A DNA stretch of 40,541 nt from an uncultured delta proteobacterium (GTDB lineage Bacteria > Desulfobacterota > Binatia > UBA9968), in NCBI GenBank assembly GCA_963737905.1, contig CAVTUQ010000044.1, forward strand, positions 1 to 40,541. Direction: 5' to 3'. The notes beneath the pieces are model-generated. The model ran no database searches, was not told where the DNA came from, and saw only the letters and a program-made list of their open reading frames with translations. Numbering within the stretch: position 1 is the first letter of the stretch; each line of letters begins with the position of its first letter. Below, in pieces: positions 30,385 to 39,926 of the stretch. The position numbers were made by a program, and so were the translations under genes.

Positions 30385-31374
30385 TTAGACTTTGAAGGCT
30401 TCGAGGGTTTCGCGCGCGAAAAGCTCGTCGAGAACGAGCCTTTGTTTGATCAATCCCTGTTCGTGAAGATAAGAGTGCAGCGTTTCTAGATTGGCCCGGT
30501 TGGGCGCCAGCCCATAGGGCCAGTAGTCGGCGGTCATCAAGCCGCGGGTCTCCTCATATTCCGCCGAGGTCCAGGGAAGACTGACACGCAGCACGTTCGT
30601 ATCGTAAAGCTCTCTCATGCACAGATCCTTCGCCTGGCAGAAGGCCCTATATAAGGTCTGCGCCACCCACGGGTCAGCATCGTAGATCGCCTTACGAATC
30701 ACGATCACGTGCATAATCGGAAATAAACCGGTTTTCCTGAAATATTCCATCTCTGCCTGCTTGTACTTGGGAAACAGCCGGCGGACGCGAGGTGAGCCGT
30801 TGAGAAAGCAGGTCGGCATGCGCGGCGACATCATAGCGTCAATCTCCCCGCTATCGATCATCTCATTCAAGGTCCGATCGGCTTTATTTTCGAGCCGCAC
30901 CCCAGGCGGCATCTCGAAGTCCACGCGGTCTTTGCGTCCGGGTTCCTCTTCTCCGGCCTGAACCCAATGAATCTCTTCCGGCGAGACACCATATTCATGC
31001 TGAAAGAGACCGCGCAGCCATACCGCAGCCGTCATACTGTACTCCGGCACGCCCATGCGCTTGCCGCGCAAATCTTCCGGGCGCTCAACGCCACAAGCCG
31101 TATTCACAAAAATGCAGCGGTGGCGAAACGTTCTTGAGGGAAACACTGGGATCGCGATGAACGGCCGGCGCCCGCGTGCGGCCGCCGTCAAAAAAGCGCC
31201 CATGGAAAGTTCCGAAGCGTCGAACTCTTCGTATTTCATCATGCGCCAGAAGATCTCTTCCACCGATAGCACGAGATAGTTGAGATCAATGCCCTCGGGT
31301 TTGATAATGCCGTCCTTGAGCGGCCGCGTGCGGTCGTAGTCTTCACACGCCAACGTTAAGTGAATGCTGGCCAT
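30385..31374 (-). CDS. 4,5-dihydroxyphthalate decarboxylase-like (Pht5/OphC; SBP fold) protein
   Basis: LTLACEDYDRTRPL, FDASELS, IPVFPSRTFRH, GLFPIMHVIVIR, DYWPYG. Confidence 0.82.
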   Translation of the reverse strand: MASIHLTLACEDYDRTRPLKDGIIKPEGIDLNYLVLSVEEIFWRMMKYEEFDASELSMGAFLTAAARGRRPFIAIPVFPSRTFRHRCIFVNTACGVERPEDLRGKRMGVPEYSMTAAVWLRGLFQHEYGVSPEEIHWVQAGEEEPGRKDRVDFEMPPGVRLENKADRTLNEMIDSGEIDAMMSPRMPTCFLNGSPRVRRLFPKYKQAEMEYFRKTGLFPIMHVIVIRKAIYDADPWVAQTLYRAFCQAKDLCMRELYDTNVLRVSLPWTSAEYEETRGLMTADYWPYGLAPNRANLETLHSYLHEQGLIKQRLVLDELFARETLEAFKV

Positions 31375-31449
31375 GGTTTTTACGCTCGGCAGATATTCCT
31401 TATGCTGGAACTTCCTCGTTTTATCGCTTCTTCAGGGAGGTTCATCATC

Positions 31450-32217
31450 TCAGCTCAAGCTCAGCCCGCCGTCGACGATCAGCGTTTGCCCGGTGACGAA
31501 ATCACCGCCGGTTATCAAGCCGAGAATAGCCCCGGCGACTTCCTCGGGTGTCGCGATGCGCTCTAGCGGGAAACTGGAAGAGGCCTTGGCAATCGCCTGC
31601 GGATATTCCGCGCCGAAATGCGCGCTCATCCATGGCGTATCCGTAAATGCCGGCGCCACGCAGTTCACCCGAACCCGCGGTGCCAGCGCAGCGGCTAGCC
31701 CTTTGGTCAAATAGATCAGCGCCGCTTTCGCTGTACCGTAGGGAAGAGAAGACAACGTTGATGGCGCCAACACCCCCGAAACCGATGAGACATTCACGAC
31801 CATTCCTCGATGCTCGGCCAGCATCGGCGCGGCGGCACGCGTGCAGCGAAACGCCCCCTTGACATTAACGTCAAAAATCTCGTCCCAGATTCGATCGGTC
31901 AGCCCCTCGAGATCGGCGAGATTGACCCAATGCGTTATACCGGCATTGTTGACCAGTATGTCCAGGCGGCCAAATTGCGCGTGAATCTGCTCGATCATCT
32001 CGCGCACTTGCCCATCGTTTTGGACATCGGCTTCAACCGCCAGTGCTTTCACTCCGGCGCGCTCCAGATCGACGGCCAACTCCCGGGCCTCCTTCGAAGA
32101 TTTGCGATAGTTGATGGCGATACCACTGATCCCGGCCTTGGCGAGGCTCCGCACGACCGCCCCTCCGATCCCACCCGCACCACCGGTCACAAGAGCCACT
32201 CTGTCTTTGAGCTCCAT
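31450..32217 (-). CDS. SDR-family NAD(P)-dependent oxidoreductase
   Basis: TGGAGGIG, LVNNAG, YGTAK, TGQTLIVDGG. Confidence 0.93.
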   Translation of the reverse strand: MELKDRVALVTGGAGGIGGAVVRSLAKAGISGIAINYRKSSKEARELAVDLERAGVKALAVEADVQNDGQVREMIEQIHAQFGRLDILVNNAGITHWVNLADLEGLTDRIWDEIFDVNVKGAFRCTRAAAPMLAEHRGMVVNVSSVSGVLAPSTLSSLPYGTAKAALIYLTKGLAAALAPRVRVNCVAPAFTDTPWMSAHFGAEYPQAIAKASSSFPLERIATPEEVAGAILGLITGGDFVTGQTLIVDGGLSLS

Positions 32218-32253
32218 TTTATTGCCGCGCCTCCCAACGATCTTAAAACAAGC

Positions 32254-33981
32254 TTAACGGCGAGTTTCCCGCAACTCAGCCGTCTTCGGATGGTCAATCA
32301 TCCAATGATCGGGAAGCTTGACCAATTCTTCCGGTTTTCCAGTGTAACGGACCACTACACCATAATTTCTTTCCGCCTCATCGGGCGTGATATAGCCCTC
32401 GATCACATCCCGCAGGACGCTCTGGGCGTCGCGCCGGAATGGATCGCCATAGCCACCGCCACCCGGCAGGTTGACGTGCACCACATCTCCTGGTTCCAGA
32501 TCCACCAGCGCCTTGGGATGTAATCGGGTTCCATCATCCAAGATGACCTCTCCGGCGGCACCCGCCTGTCCGCCCAAAAGCCCGGGCGCTGGATATTTCG
32601 TCCGATCTGCGATGGAGCTCACGCTCCACCTTCCCTCTCCGCGCCGCGTAAACTCAGTGAGCTGCCCCAAGCCGCCGCGCCATGTACCGGCTCCGCCAGA
32701 ATTCGGTCGCAGCTCACGCCTCTTCATAACGACAGGCGATAAACTTTCAATCACTTCAGCGGGGACTCCCGCCACGCCGCTCGGAAAACCGACAGCGCTG
32801 AGACCATCCTTGGATGGCCGCGCGCCTGTGCCGCCCACTTGAAACAAGGTCAATGTGAACGGCGGGTTTTGCCCACGCCAGACGCTCAGCCAGATGGGGT
32901 CGGCTCCCGGCGCCATCAAACGGTCCGGCAACGCTCCGGACAACGCAGCAAAAATCGCGCTGGGAATAAAGTGGCCGATCACCTGGCGGCTCGCCACCGG
33001 CGCCGGCTCCAGTGCATTTAGAATACTGCCCGGCGGCGCGCTCACATGAACCGGCCTGAAGCTCCCCTCGTTGTGCGGCACATCGGGGCAGATCGCGGCT
33101 TTAATGGCAAAACTCGCGTAAGCGTGGGTGTAATTGAGAACGACATTGATTCCCCGCGTGCTCTGCGGCGAGGAACCGCTGAAGTCGATAAAGATTTCAT
33201 CGCCGGCTACTCGCACCGTGCAGCGAATTAAGATCGGTTCTTCGAATCCATCGCTCCATGTTTCATGAGTCCACTCGCCGTCGGGCAGCTCCGCAATCGC
33301 CCCCCGCACCGCTTGCTCGGACCGCCGCACGATCTCTTCCGCGACCTCATCGATACCGTCGAGGGTGAACTCTTCCATCATTTCCAACAGCGCCCGGCCC
33401 CCTGCGTCGTTACTAGCGGTCTGCGCGTAGAAGTCACCGATGACTTCGTCCGGTTGGCGCACGTTGGCGCGCACGATCTGCATCAGCACTTGATTCGGCT
33501 CGCCCCGATCAAACAGTTTCATGATCGGCAGCCGCAGCCCTTCCTCGAAGACCTCCCGCGCTTCCGCCGACAAAATTCGCCCACCGATATCCGCGCTGTG
33601 ACAGGTATTGGCGAAGAGAGCCACGAGTTTGCCATTTTTGAAGCATGGGGTTGTGATCGTGATGTCATTGATCTGGCCGGCGGTCATCCAAGGGTCATTG
33701 GTGATCAGGACGTCGCCGGGCGCAAGTTTATGCGGCGGAAAGGCGGCCAAAAAATGTTTCATCGAAGTCGCCATGGCGTTGATATGGCCGGGCGTGCCGC
33801 TGATGGACTGCGCGATCATTCGTCCCTGCGTGTCAAAAATACCGCAGGCGAGATCCTGGCTTTCACGCACAATGGTGCTGAATGCGGTCCGAATCAGCGC
33901 GTCCTGCTGCTCGTTGGCCACCGACAAAAGCCGGTTCCAGATAACCTCCAAGGTCACTGGATCAATCGATTTAGTTTTCAT
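32254..33981 (-). CDS. Hydantoinase B/oxoprolinase family protein
   Basis: DPVTLEVIWNRL, RTAFSTIVRESQD, NDPW, HSADIGG, PGGGGYGDP; start at 33981 overlaps the end of the A subunit. Confidence 0.93.
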   Translation of the reverse strand: MKTKSIDPVTLEVIWNRLLSVANEQQDALIRTAFSTIVRESQDLACGIFDTQGRMIAQSISGTPGHINAMATSMKHFLAAFPPHKLAPGDVLITNDPWMTAGQINDITITTPCFKNGKLVALFANTCHSADIGGRILSAEAREVFEEGLRLPIMKLFDRGEPNQVLMQIVRANVRQPDEVIGDFYAQTASNDAGGRALLEMMEEFTLDGIDEVAEEIVRRSEQAVRGAIAELPDGEWTHETWSDGFEEPILIRCTVRVAGDEIFIDFSGSSPQSTRGINVVLNYTHAYASFAIKAAICPDVPHNEGSFRPVHVSAPPGSILNALEPAPVASRQVIGHFIPSAIFAALSGALPDRLMAPGADPIWLSVWRGQNPPFTLTLFQVGGTGARPSKDGLSAVGFPSGVAGVPAEVIESLSPVVMKRRELRPNSGGAGTWRGGLGQLTEFTRRGEGRWSVSSIADRTKYPAPGLLGGQAGAAGEVILDDGTRLHPKALVDLEPGDVVHVNLPGGGGYGDPFRRDAQSVLRDVIEGYITPDEAERNYGVVVRYTGKPEELVKLPDHWMIDHPKTAELRETRR

Positions 33982-36049
33982 TACCGAACTCCATAATAAC
34001 ATTAAGTCTTTCGTCAACCCGAGCATGCCCATGGGCACCCAGCACTAAGGTGGACTCGCGCTCCTCGACGATCGCCGGCCCACTAAACTTCATTCCCGGT
34101 TTAAAAGCGTAGCGATCATAAACGACGGTATCCACGAACCCACCGCATTCCGGAAAGTAAGCGCGGCGCGACCCCTTCCGAGTATCTCCACGGCCGGAAG
34201 TGCCGCTCGCCAATTGCAAACTCATTTCGCTTCGTGGTCCGCTCGCCACCACCCGCCAATTAATGATCTCCAGCGGCACATCGGGTCCCTTGCGTCCATA
34301 GAGACCCCGATAAGTCTCTTCGAACTCCGCACTGATCTGCGGCACCTGCGGGTCGCCCAAAACTCCACTTGGGACCGGGACAGAAACTTCGTGTCCCTGG
34401 CCAACATAGCGCATATCGGCGGTTCGCTGATAGCGAATTTCTTTTGCAGAGAGGCCGGAGCTTTCTAATATCTTGCGCCCCTCCTCGGCCATTTCGTTGA
34501 GAAGTCCATTGGCGAGGTGCCAATCTTGCTCATCCAGGCGACTGTAGGCGCTGCGCACAAAGTCGAAAGCCAGCGGCGCCGCTAGCAATCCAAAGGTCGA
34601 TCCCACACCGGCGCCAAAGGGTGAAATCAGCGCGGGCAGACGCAAAATCTCTGCGACTCGATAGCCGTGCACCGGCCCGGCCCCGCCGAAGGCGTACATC
34701 GGCATGCGGCGCGGATCCTTTCCCCGCTCATTCAAATGGGCGCGCGCCGCATTAGCCATGTTTTCGTTGACGATCTGATGCACGCCCCAGGCTGCCTGTT
34801 CGATTGTCATTCCAAGCGGCTGAGCGAGACGTGAAAGCGCTTGTCGCGCGCCGTCTGTGTCCAATTGCATCTTGCCGCCCAAAAAATAGTTCGGGTCGAG
34901 ATAGCCGAGAACCAGATCGGCGTCCGTGACCGTGGCCTCCTTACCGCCTCGAGCATAACAGACCGGTCCGGGATCGGCGCCTGAACTCTCCGGCCCAACT
35001 TTGAGCAGGCCCAGGGAATCGACCTTCGCAATACTCCCCCCGCCGGCTCCGATCTCGATCATATCGATGACAGGAATCCGGACCGGCAGGCCACTGCCCT
35101 TCCGGAAACGGTAGATACGATCCACTTCGAAGTCGTGGGTCTTCGAGGGTTGCCCATTCTCGATGACGCAAAGTTTGGCCGTCGTTCCGCCCATGTCAAA
35201 GGACAGCAGATCACGATGACCGGAAAGGATGCCAGCTTCGGCGGCCGCGAGTGCGCCGGCGGCAGGACCGGACTCGAGCAGCCGCACCGGAAAACGTGAA
35301 GCGGTCTCCCGAGTCGCGATGCCGCCGCTGGACAGCATGACAAAGAAACTGCCCACGAATCCGATGCTGTCCAATCGTTGTTGCAACTGCGCCAAGTAAT
35401 CGGACACTCGCTCTTGAACGTAGACGTTGGCCAAGGTCGTGCTCGTGCGCTGGAACTCGCGGATCTCGGCGACCACTTCCGAGCTGAGCGACACTCGGAT
35501 CTTCGGCGCAACCTCCGCGATGATCTCCGCTGTCCGCCGCTCGTGCCCTGGATTGCGAAAACTATTGAGATAGCAAACCGCGATGGCTTTGAGGCCCTTA
35601 TCGCGTAACTCCACGACCAATCGGCGTACGAAGGCTTCGTCCAGCGGCTGCAGCACCGTTCCGTCAGCGGCGATCCGCTCCGGAACATCGAAGCGCAGAT
35701 GGCGTGGGACCAGGGCCTTCGGCAGATCGAGATTCAAATCGTAGAGCTCGTAACGATGTTCGCGGCCAATCTCCACGGCGTCACGGAATCCACTAGTCGT
35801 CAGTAACGCCGTCGGCGCGCCTTTGCGTTCGATCAACGCGTTGGTCACCAAGGTCGTACCGTGAAGCAAGGTACCACGCTCGCTGGGTTTGATGGTGCCG
35901 TTCTCGAGTAAGGGCCGCAGCGCGTTTTCCACGGCGAGACTCGGATCACCAGAGGTCGTGAGGGTTTTGCCGATGACGGCGGTGCCGTCCTCGCCCACCA
36001 GAAGCAAGTCGGTGAAGGTTCCGCCGATATCGATGCCCACGCGGTACAT
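33971..36049 (-). CDS. Hydantoinase A/oxoprolinase family ATP-dependent subunit
   Basis: GIDIGGTFTD, HGTTLVTNA, ESGPAAG, DMGGTT, GAGGGS, GADPGPVCY. Confidence 0.94.
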   Translation of the reverse strand: MYRVGIDIGGTFTDLLLVGEDGTAVIGKTLTTSGDPSLAVENALRPLLENGTIKPSERGTLLHGTTLVTNALIERKGAPTALLTTSGFRDAVEIGREHRYELYDLNLDLPKALVPRHLRFDVPERIAADGTVLQPLDEAFVRRLVVELRDKGLKAIAVCYLNSFRNPGHERRTAEIIAEVAPKIRVSLSSEVVAEIREFQRTSTTLANVYVQERVSDYLAQLQQRLDSIGFVGSFFVMLSSGGIATRETASRFPVRLLESGPAAGALAAAEAGILSGHRDLLSFDMGGTTAKLCVIENGQPSKTHDFEVDRIYRFRKGSGLPVRIPVIDMIEIGAGGGSIAKVDSLGLLKVGPESSGADPGPVCYARGGKEATVTDADLVLGYLDPNYFLGGKMQLDTDGARQALSRLAQPLGMTIEQAAWGVHQIVNENMANAARAHLNERGKDPRRMPMYAFGGAGPVHGYRVAEILRLPALISPFGAGVGSTFGLLAAPLAFDFVRSAYSRLDEQDWHLANGLLNEMAEEGRKILESSGLSAKEIRYQRTADMRYVGQGHEVSVPVPSGVLGDPQVPQISAEFEETYRGLYGRKGPDVPLEIINWRVVASGPRSEMSLQLASGTSGRGDTRKGSRRAYFPECGGFVDTVVYDRYAFKPGMKFSGPAIVEERESTLVLGAHGHARVDERLNVIMEFGNEN

Positions 36050-36056
36050 AAAAGTC

Positions 36057-36158
36057 AGTTCAAGGTTCCGAGTTCAAGGTTCAAAGTTTCATATTCCGAG
36101 TTTTGCGGTTGCGGTGGAGTGAGGGAGACGCGGAACTTTGAACGTTGAACCTTGAACC
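36057..36158. repeat. Inverted arrays of 7-bp tandem repeats (RGTTCAA / TTGAACN)
   Basis: AGTTCAA GGTTCCG AGTTCAA GGTTCAA AGTTTCA (36057-36091) and CGGAACT TTGAACG TTGAACC TTGAACC (36131-36158). Confidence 0.9.
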
Positions 36159-36159
36159 G

Positions 36160-37173
36160 CTATTGGGCGAATAAGTCTAATAGCCGTTGGGTTTGGTGCG
36201 CCGCGGCGGGCCGTAAGAGCGGAATTTTGACCCCCGCGTCGCGGTATTGCTGAACCCGCTTTTTGACTTCGTCCGGAGTGCCACTGGCCGTCATTCCCTC
36301 GACATAGGAATCCGGAATTGCCTTAATCAGCCCCTCCATACCTCCCTCAGCATGCGCCTTCTCGAAAAGCGGGATATCTTCTTTTTTAATGTACGGCTCG
36401 CCGACGCGCATCTTCGGCCCCGCAATAAACGAAATCTGCACGGGATCCAGCTTCGTAGCGACCTCCCACCGCATGGCATCGAGAGCTTTCTTGTGATCGT
36501 CTTCGACGGAGCAATTAATGATCTGAGACACTTCGAAATTCGAAAAATCTCTCCCAGCCTTCTGCGCAGAGTCTTTAATAATTCTCAACGCATTAACCGT
36601 ATACTCCGGCGAGCAGACCGCGTTGAGAACTACGCCATCGCCAATCTCGCCCGCCAACCGCAGCCCAACGGAAGCGGTTGCAGGAACGTAGAACGGAATA
36701 TTCGGCCGTATCGGCTTCCAACCCAGTCCCACAGCGTCAAAGTTGACGTACTTTCCATGATAGGAAACCTTCTCGCCGGTCAGCAGCAACCGCATCGACT
36801 CGATATACTCTTTCAACACCTCCGGCGGCGTTGCCCCCACGTCTGATGGCAGCGCATGAACTCGCGCATGACTCTTGGTGCAAGCGCCGGGAGCAAGCGT
36901 CATCCGTCCATCGGTGAGCTCGTCCAAAGTCGCCAGTGACTGGGCCATCACAACGGGACCTCGCAAGCGAACGATTTGCGTCGAGCCCAGCTTCAGTTTT
37001 TTCGTAGCCAATCCAATGGCTGCCAGCGAACTCACCGAGTCGCGCATCAGCTCGATGGTTTCCGAAAAAAACGCCATCTCAAAACCGCGCTCTTCCGCTT
37101 GCTGCATGACCGCAGCCATCTCCTTGACGTTGGTGAACTTACCGTAGCCTAACGCGTAACCGACTCTCGCCAT
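36160..37173 (-). CDS. LLM-class flavin (possibly F420)-dependent oxidoreductase, Mer-like
   Basis: AEERGFE, ATKKLKLG, PVVMAQSLATLDELTDGR, LAGEIGDGV, GTPDEV; AAGGAG RBS. Confidence 0.88.
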   Translation of the reverse strand: MARVGYALGYGKFTNVKEMAAVMQQAEERGFEMAFFSETIELMRDSVSSLAAIGLATKKLKLGSTQIVRLRGPVVMAQSLATLDELTDGRMTLAPGACTKSHARVHALPSDVGATPPEVLKEYIESMRLLLTGEKVSYHGKYVNFDAVGLGWKPIRPNIPFYVPATASVGLRLAGEIGDGVVLNAVCSPEYTVNALRIIKDSAQKAGRDFSNFEVSQIINCSVEDDHKKALDAMRWEVATKLDPVQISFIAGPKMRVGEPYIKKEDIPLFEKAHAEGGMEGLIKAIPDSYVEGMTASGTPDEVKKRVQQYRDAGVKIPLLRPAAAHQTQRLLDLFAQ

Positions 37174-37269
37174 GAACAATGACTCCTTCCCGATTGGGCC
37201 GCATTGATGAAACTTCCTTCAATGTGAAAGATTATAGAGATTTTCCGCTCTGAACGCGACACAGGCTGT

Positions 37270-38796
37270 TTACTTGCGCACTTTCATGTTCCAGGCGTAG
37301 ATTCGCTCGCTGGGGATCGGCCGGTAGTCGACATTCTTCGCCATGCCGAAGAGCAGCTGATGGCGCCAGAGAAAATGTGCGGGGGCTTCCTCGGTAATCA
37401 GACTCATCGCTTGGCTAAGTAGTTTTTTGCGCTTCTCGGGATTGAAGGCCTGACGCTCCGCCGCTAGAAGCTCGTCCAATTTTGGATTCGAGTAGCCGAT
37501 ACGCGGTGATCCGCCGGTTTCGAAATACTGAGAGAGCGCCGCGCTGGGGTCCACGACGCCACCGCGTCCCATGTAATAGAACGGAACTTTGCCGACCTGG
37601 ACGTTCGCCCACAAGGTCGCCCATTCCGGCGTTAGCAGCTTCGTCCGGATACCGGCGGCGTTGAGCATCGGCACCATCGCTTCCGTGATTTGTTTGTCCA
37701 ATGTATACCGGCCGACGGGCGTGGAGAGCTCCACGTCGACTCCGTTTGGATAGCCCGCCTGCTTGACCAACTCCCGAGCCTTCTCCGGATTGTATGTATA
37801 TTTCGGCTGCAGATTCGGATCGTAACCATACTGGCCCACGCCGATGGGGCCGTCGAGGCGGGAGGCCTCGCCCCGGAGCAAAGTGCGAATGATCGTATCA
37901 CGGTCGATGGCGTAGGCCACCGCTTGGCGCATAAGCTTATTATCCCACGGCTTGACTTTCGGCATCATCGCCAAAAACATGATCTCCGCCGTATGAAAGC
38001 TAACGATCTTGTGATTCGGGCTCCTTTCTACTCGCTCGCGCAAATGAGGCGGGACAAATTGCGCGATCTGAATCTCGTTGTTGAGGAGCGCCGTGACCCT
38101 CTGCTCGGGTTCGCGCATGATGCGGAAAACGACCTCGTCCGGCGCCAGCGGATATTGCTTCATCATGGGATGGGTCGGATCCTTGCCGATGACCAGCCGC
38201 TGACCGGGGATTAACTCTCTAAACTTGTAGGGGCCGGCACCGATCGGATGCTGGCGATCCGCCACGTCGGGGCCATACTTATCATAAATAGCTTTGCTGG
38301 TAATGATGATCCGGTCGAAGAGATAGTCGAGCAGCGGCGCCGTGGGTTCCTTGGTCGTAATCCTGACGGTGTATTTATCGACCACCGCTTCACTAGCGAT
38401 GGCGGAAATATTTTGCCGTTGTTTGCTCAGGGGATCGTTTCGCGTGCGTTGAATCGAGTGCACGACGTCTTCGGCCGTCACGGGACTGCCGTCGTGAAAG
38501 CGGTTGCTCTTCCGCAGATAGAAGATCCAATTTTTGGGGTCTTTAACCTCCCAGCGCTCCACCAACAAGCCAACGTGCTGTCCCTTGTCGAAGTCGTACG
38601 TGCCGAGGCATCCCAATACCTGGCACCACACGCTATACATGAGGGATACGCTGTCGCCATAGGGATTGAACGTTTCCATGGTTTCAGTGACGCCAATGGA
38701 GATGCGCGTCTCGGCAAATCCGTTCGGCACGCGCGCAGTGACAACAAGAAGATTCATAATTGCGATCACCAGACCAGCCATAAATCTTCGTTTCAT
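37270..38796 (-). CDS. ABC transporter substrate-binding protein, family 5 (DppA/OppA-like)
   Basis: Signal peptide, FHDGSPVTAEDVVHS, PIGAGPYKF, RQAVAYAIDR. Confidence 0.92.
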   Translation of the reverse strand: MKRRFMAGLVIAIMNLLVVTARVPNGFAETRISIGVTETMETFNPYGDSVSLMYSVWCQVLGCLGTYDFDKGQHVGLLVERWEVKDPKNWIFYLRKSNRFHDGSPVTAEDVVHSIQRTRNDPLSKQRQNISAIASEAVVDKYTVRITTKEPTAPLLDYLFDRIIITSKAIYDKYGPDVADRQHPIGAGPYKFRELIPGQRLVIGKDPTHPMMKQYPLAPDEVVFRIMREPEQRVTALLNNEIQIAQFVPPHLRERVERSPNHKIVSFHTAEIMFLAMMPKVKPWDNKLMRQAVAYAIDRDTIIRTLLRGEASRLDGPIGVGQYGYDPNLQPKYTYNPEKARELVKQAGYPNGVDVELSTPVGRYTLDKQITEAMVPMLNAAGIRTKLLTPEWATLWANVQVGKVPFYYMGRGGVVDPSAALSQYFETGGSPRIGYSNPKLDELLAAERQAFNPEKRKKLLSQAMSLITEEAPAHFLWRHQLLFGMAKNVDYRPIPSERIYAWNMKVRK

Positions 38797-38860
38797 GGTT
38801 GCCTCCGTTTTCAACACTCCGTTACTCCACCGTTCCCTCTACTCGTCTAACGCCTCGCCC

Positions 38861-39844
38861 TCACTTCCACAGCTGTTTGTAGAATCCCTCGCTGTCTAAT
38901 TCCTTTACGAACCGGTCGTCATAGAATTCCTCCGGCTTGGCCGTCTTCGCCTTAGGATTTCTCGGCGCAATCTGGTTCAACACTTCTTGGACACCCTCGC
39001 GGGTGTTGTAGGGAATCTTATCCACGTAATCCAGGGCGTACTGGTAAACCGCATCGTTTGTTTTCGCATCGGTCGCGCGACCGTAATTGGCAATGGCGCG
39101 CCGGCTAAGCTCCCGATCCGTAAACAGCCGGTAGACGCCTTCGCCGTAGGCTTTTAAAAATCGCCGGGTCAGATCGCCGTTGGCATTGATAAAAGAACGG
39201 CGCGCCATAAAGGCGTCGTGCGGAAAATAAACTCCGGCCTTGCCCATGTTCATGAGTACTTTCGCGCCGGCCTCTTCGGCCCTCAGATTCGCCGGGCTGG
39301 AGAACGGAGCGGCAACGATAGCACCCGTACGCAACATGGCCGCGGCGGCAAAGAGATCGCCCGTCTGTATGAGCGTCACATCTCGTCCGGGCTCGAGCCC
39401 TTGCTTGCGCAAAACATAACGCATCGTGAAATCAGTGGAGGAGCCGAAACGTGTGACTCCGACTGACTTCCCACGCAAATCATCGAGAGTTTTGATCGCC
39501 GGTAAGGCCATGATGTAGAACGCAGGGACTTTGACCATGGATCCGAACATAACGACGTCCGCTCCACCCAAACTCGCATCCACAGCGGCGCTTCCCGCAG
39601 CCCCTGCGACGGGAAGATCGCCTCCCAGCATCGCTTGCACCATGAGCGACCCGGACGCGATCAACACCAGATGAGAATCGATGTCGTACTTTTCGAAAAG
39701 CCTCCCCTCTTGGGCGACCCAGAGACCCGCGAAAACTCCGCTCGCGCTACTATAGCCGATGGCGAGCCGGTCTTTGGCCTGCACCGGCGAAATCAGGGCA
39801 ACTCCCAGAAGGATACCCCAAGCGACAGCAAACCACTTTTTCAT
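38861..39844 (-). CDS. ABC transporter substrate-binding protein, NMT1/SsuA/TauA-like
   Basis: Signal peptide, WVAQEGRLFEKY, DLRGKSVGVTRFGSSTD, FYDDRFVKEL. Confidence 0.9.
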   Translation of the reverse strand: MKKWFAVAWGILLGVALISPVQAKDRLAIGYSSASGVFAGLWVAQEGRLFEKYDIDSHLVLIASGSLMVQAMLGGDLPVAGAAGSAAVDASLGGADVVMFGSMVKVPAFYIMALPAIKTLDDLRGKSVGVTRFGSSTDFTMRYVLRKQGLEPGRDVTLIQTGDLFAAAAMLRTGAIVAAPFSSPANLRAEEAGAKVLMNMGKAGVYFPHDAFMARRSFINANGDLTRRFLKAYGEGVYRLFTDRELSRRAIANYGRATDAKTNDAVYQYALDYVDKIPYNTREGVQEVLNQIAPRNPKAKTAKPEEFYDDRFVKELDSEGFYKQLWK

Positions 39845-39888
39845 GCTGATTCCTTTTTTAGCCGCGGATCGTAGAGCTATCGATCACC

Positions 39889-39924
39889 TTGAACCGTTTG
39901 AACGTTTTGAACGGCTTGAACGGA
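39889..39924. repeat. Four 9-bp tandem repeats, TTGAACNNN
   Basis: TTGAACCGT TTGAACGTT TTGAACGGC TTGAACGGA. Confidence 0.9.
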
Positions 39925-39926
39925 CT

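Noticed and set aside
36057-36158. CRISPR array or LexA boxes
   Set aside because: Units are 7 bp with no unique spacers and no cas genes; GTTC spacing (N3, or N5 at 39.9 kb) fits neither GTTC-N7-GTTC nor GAAC-N4-GTTC
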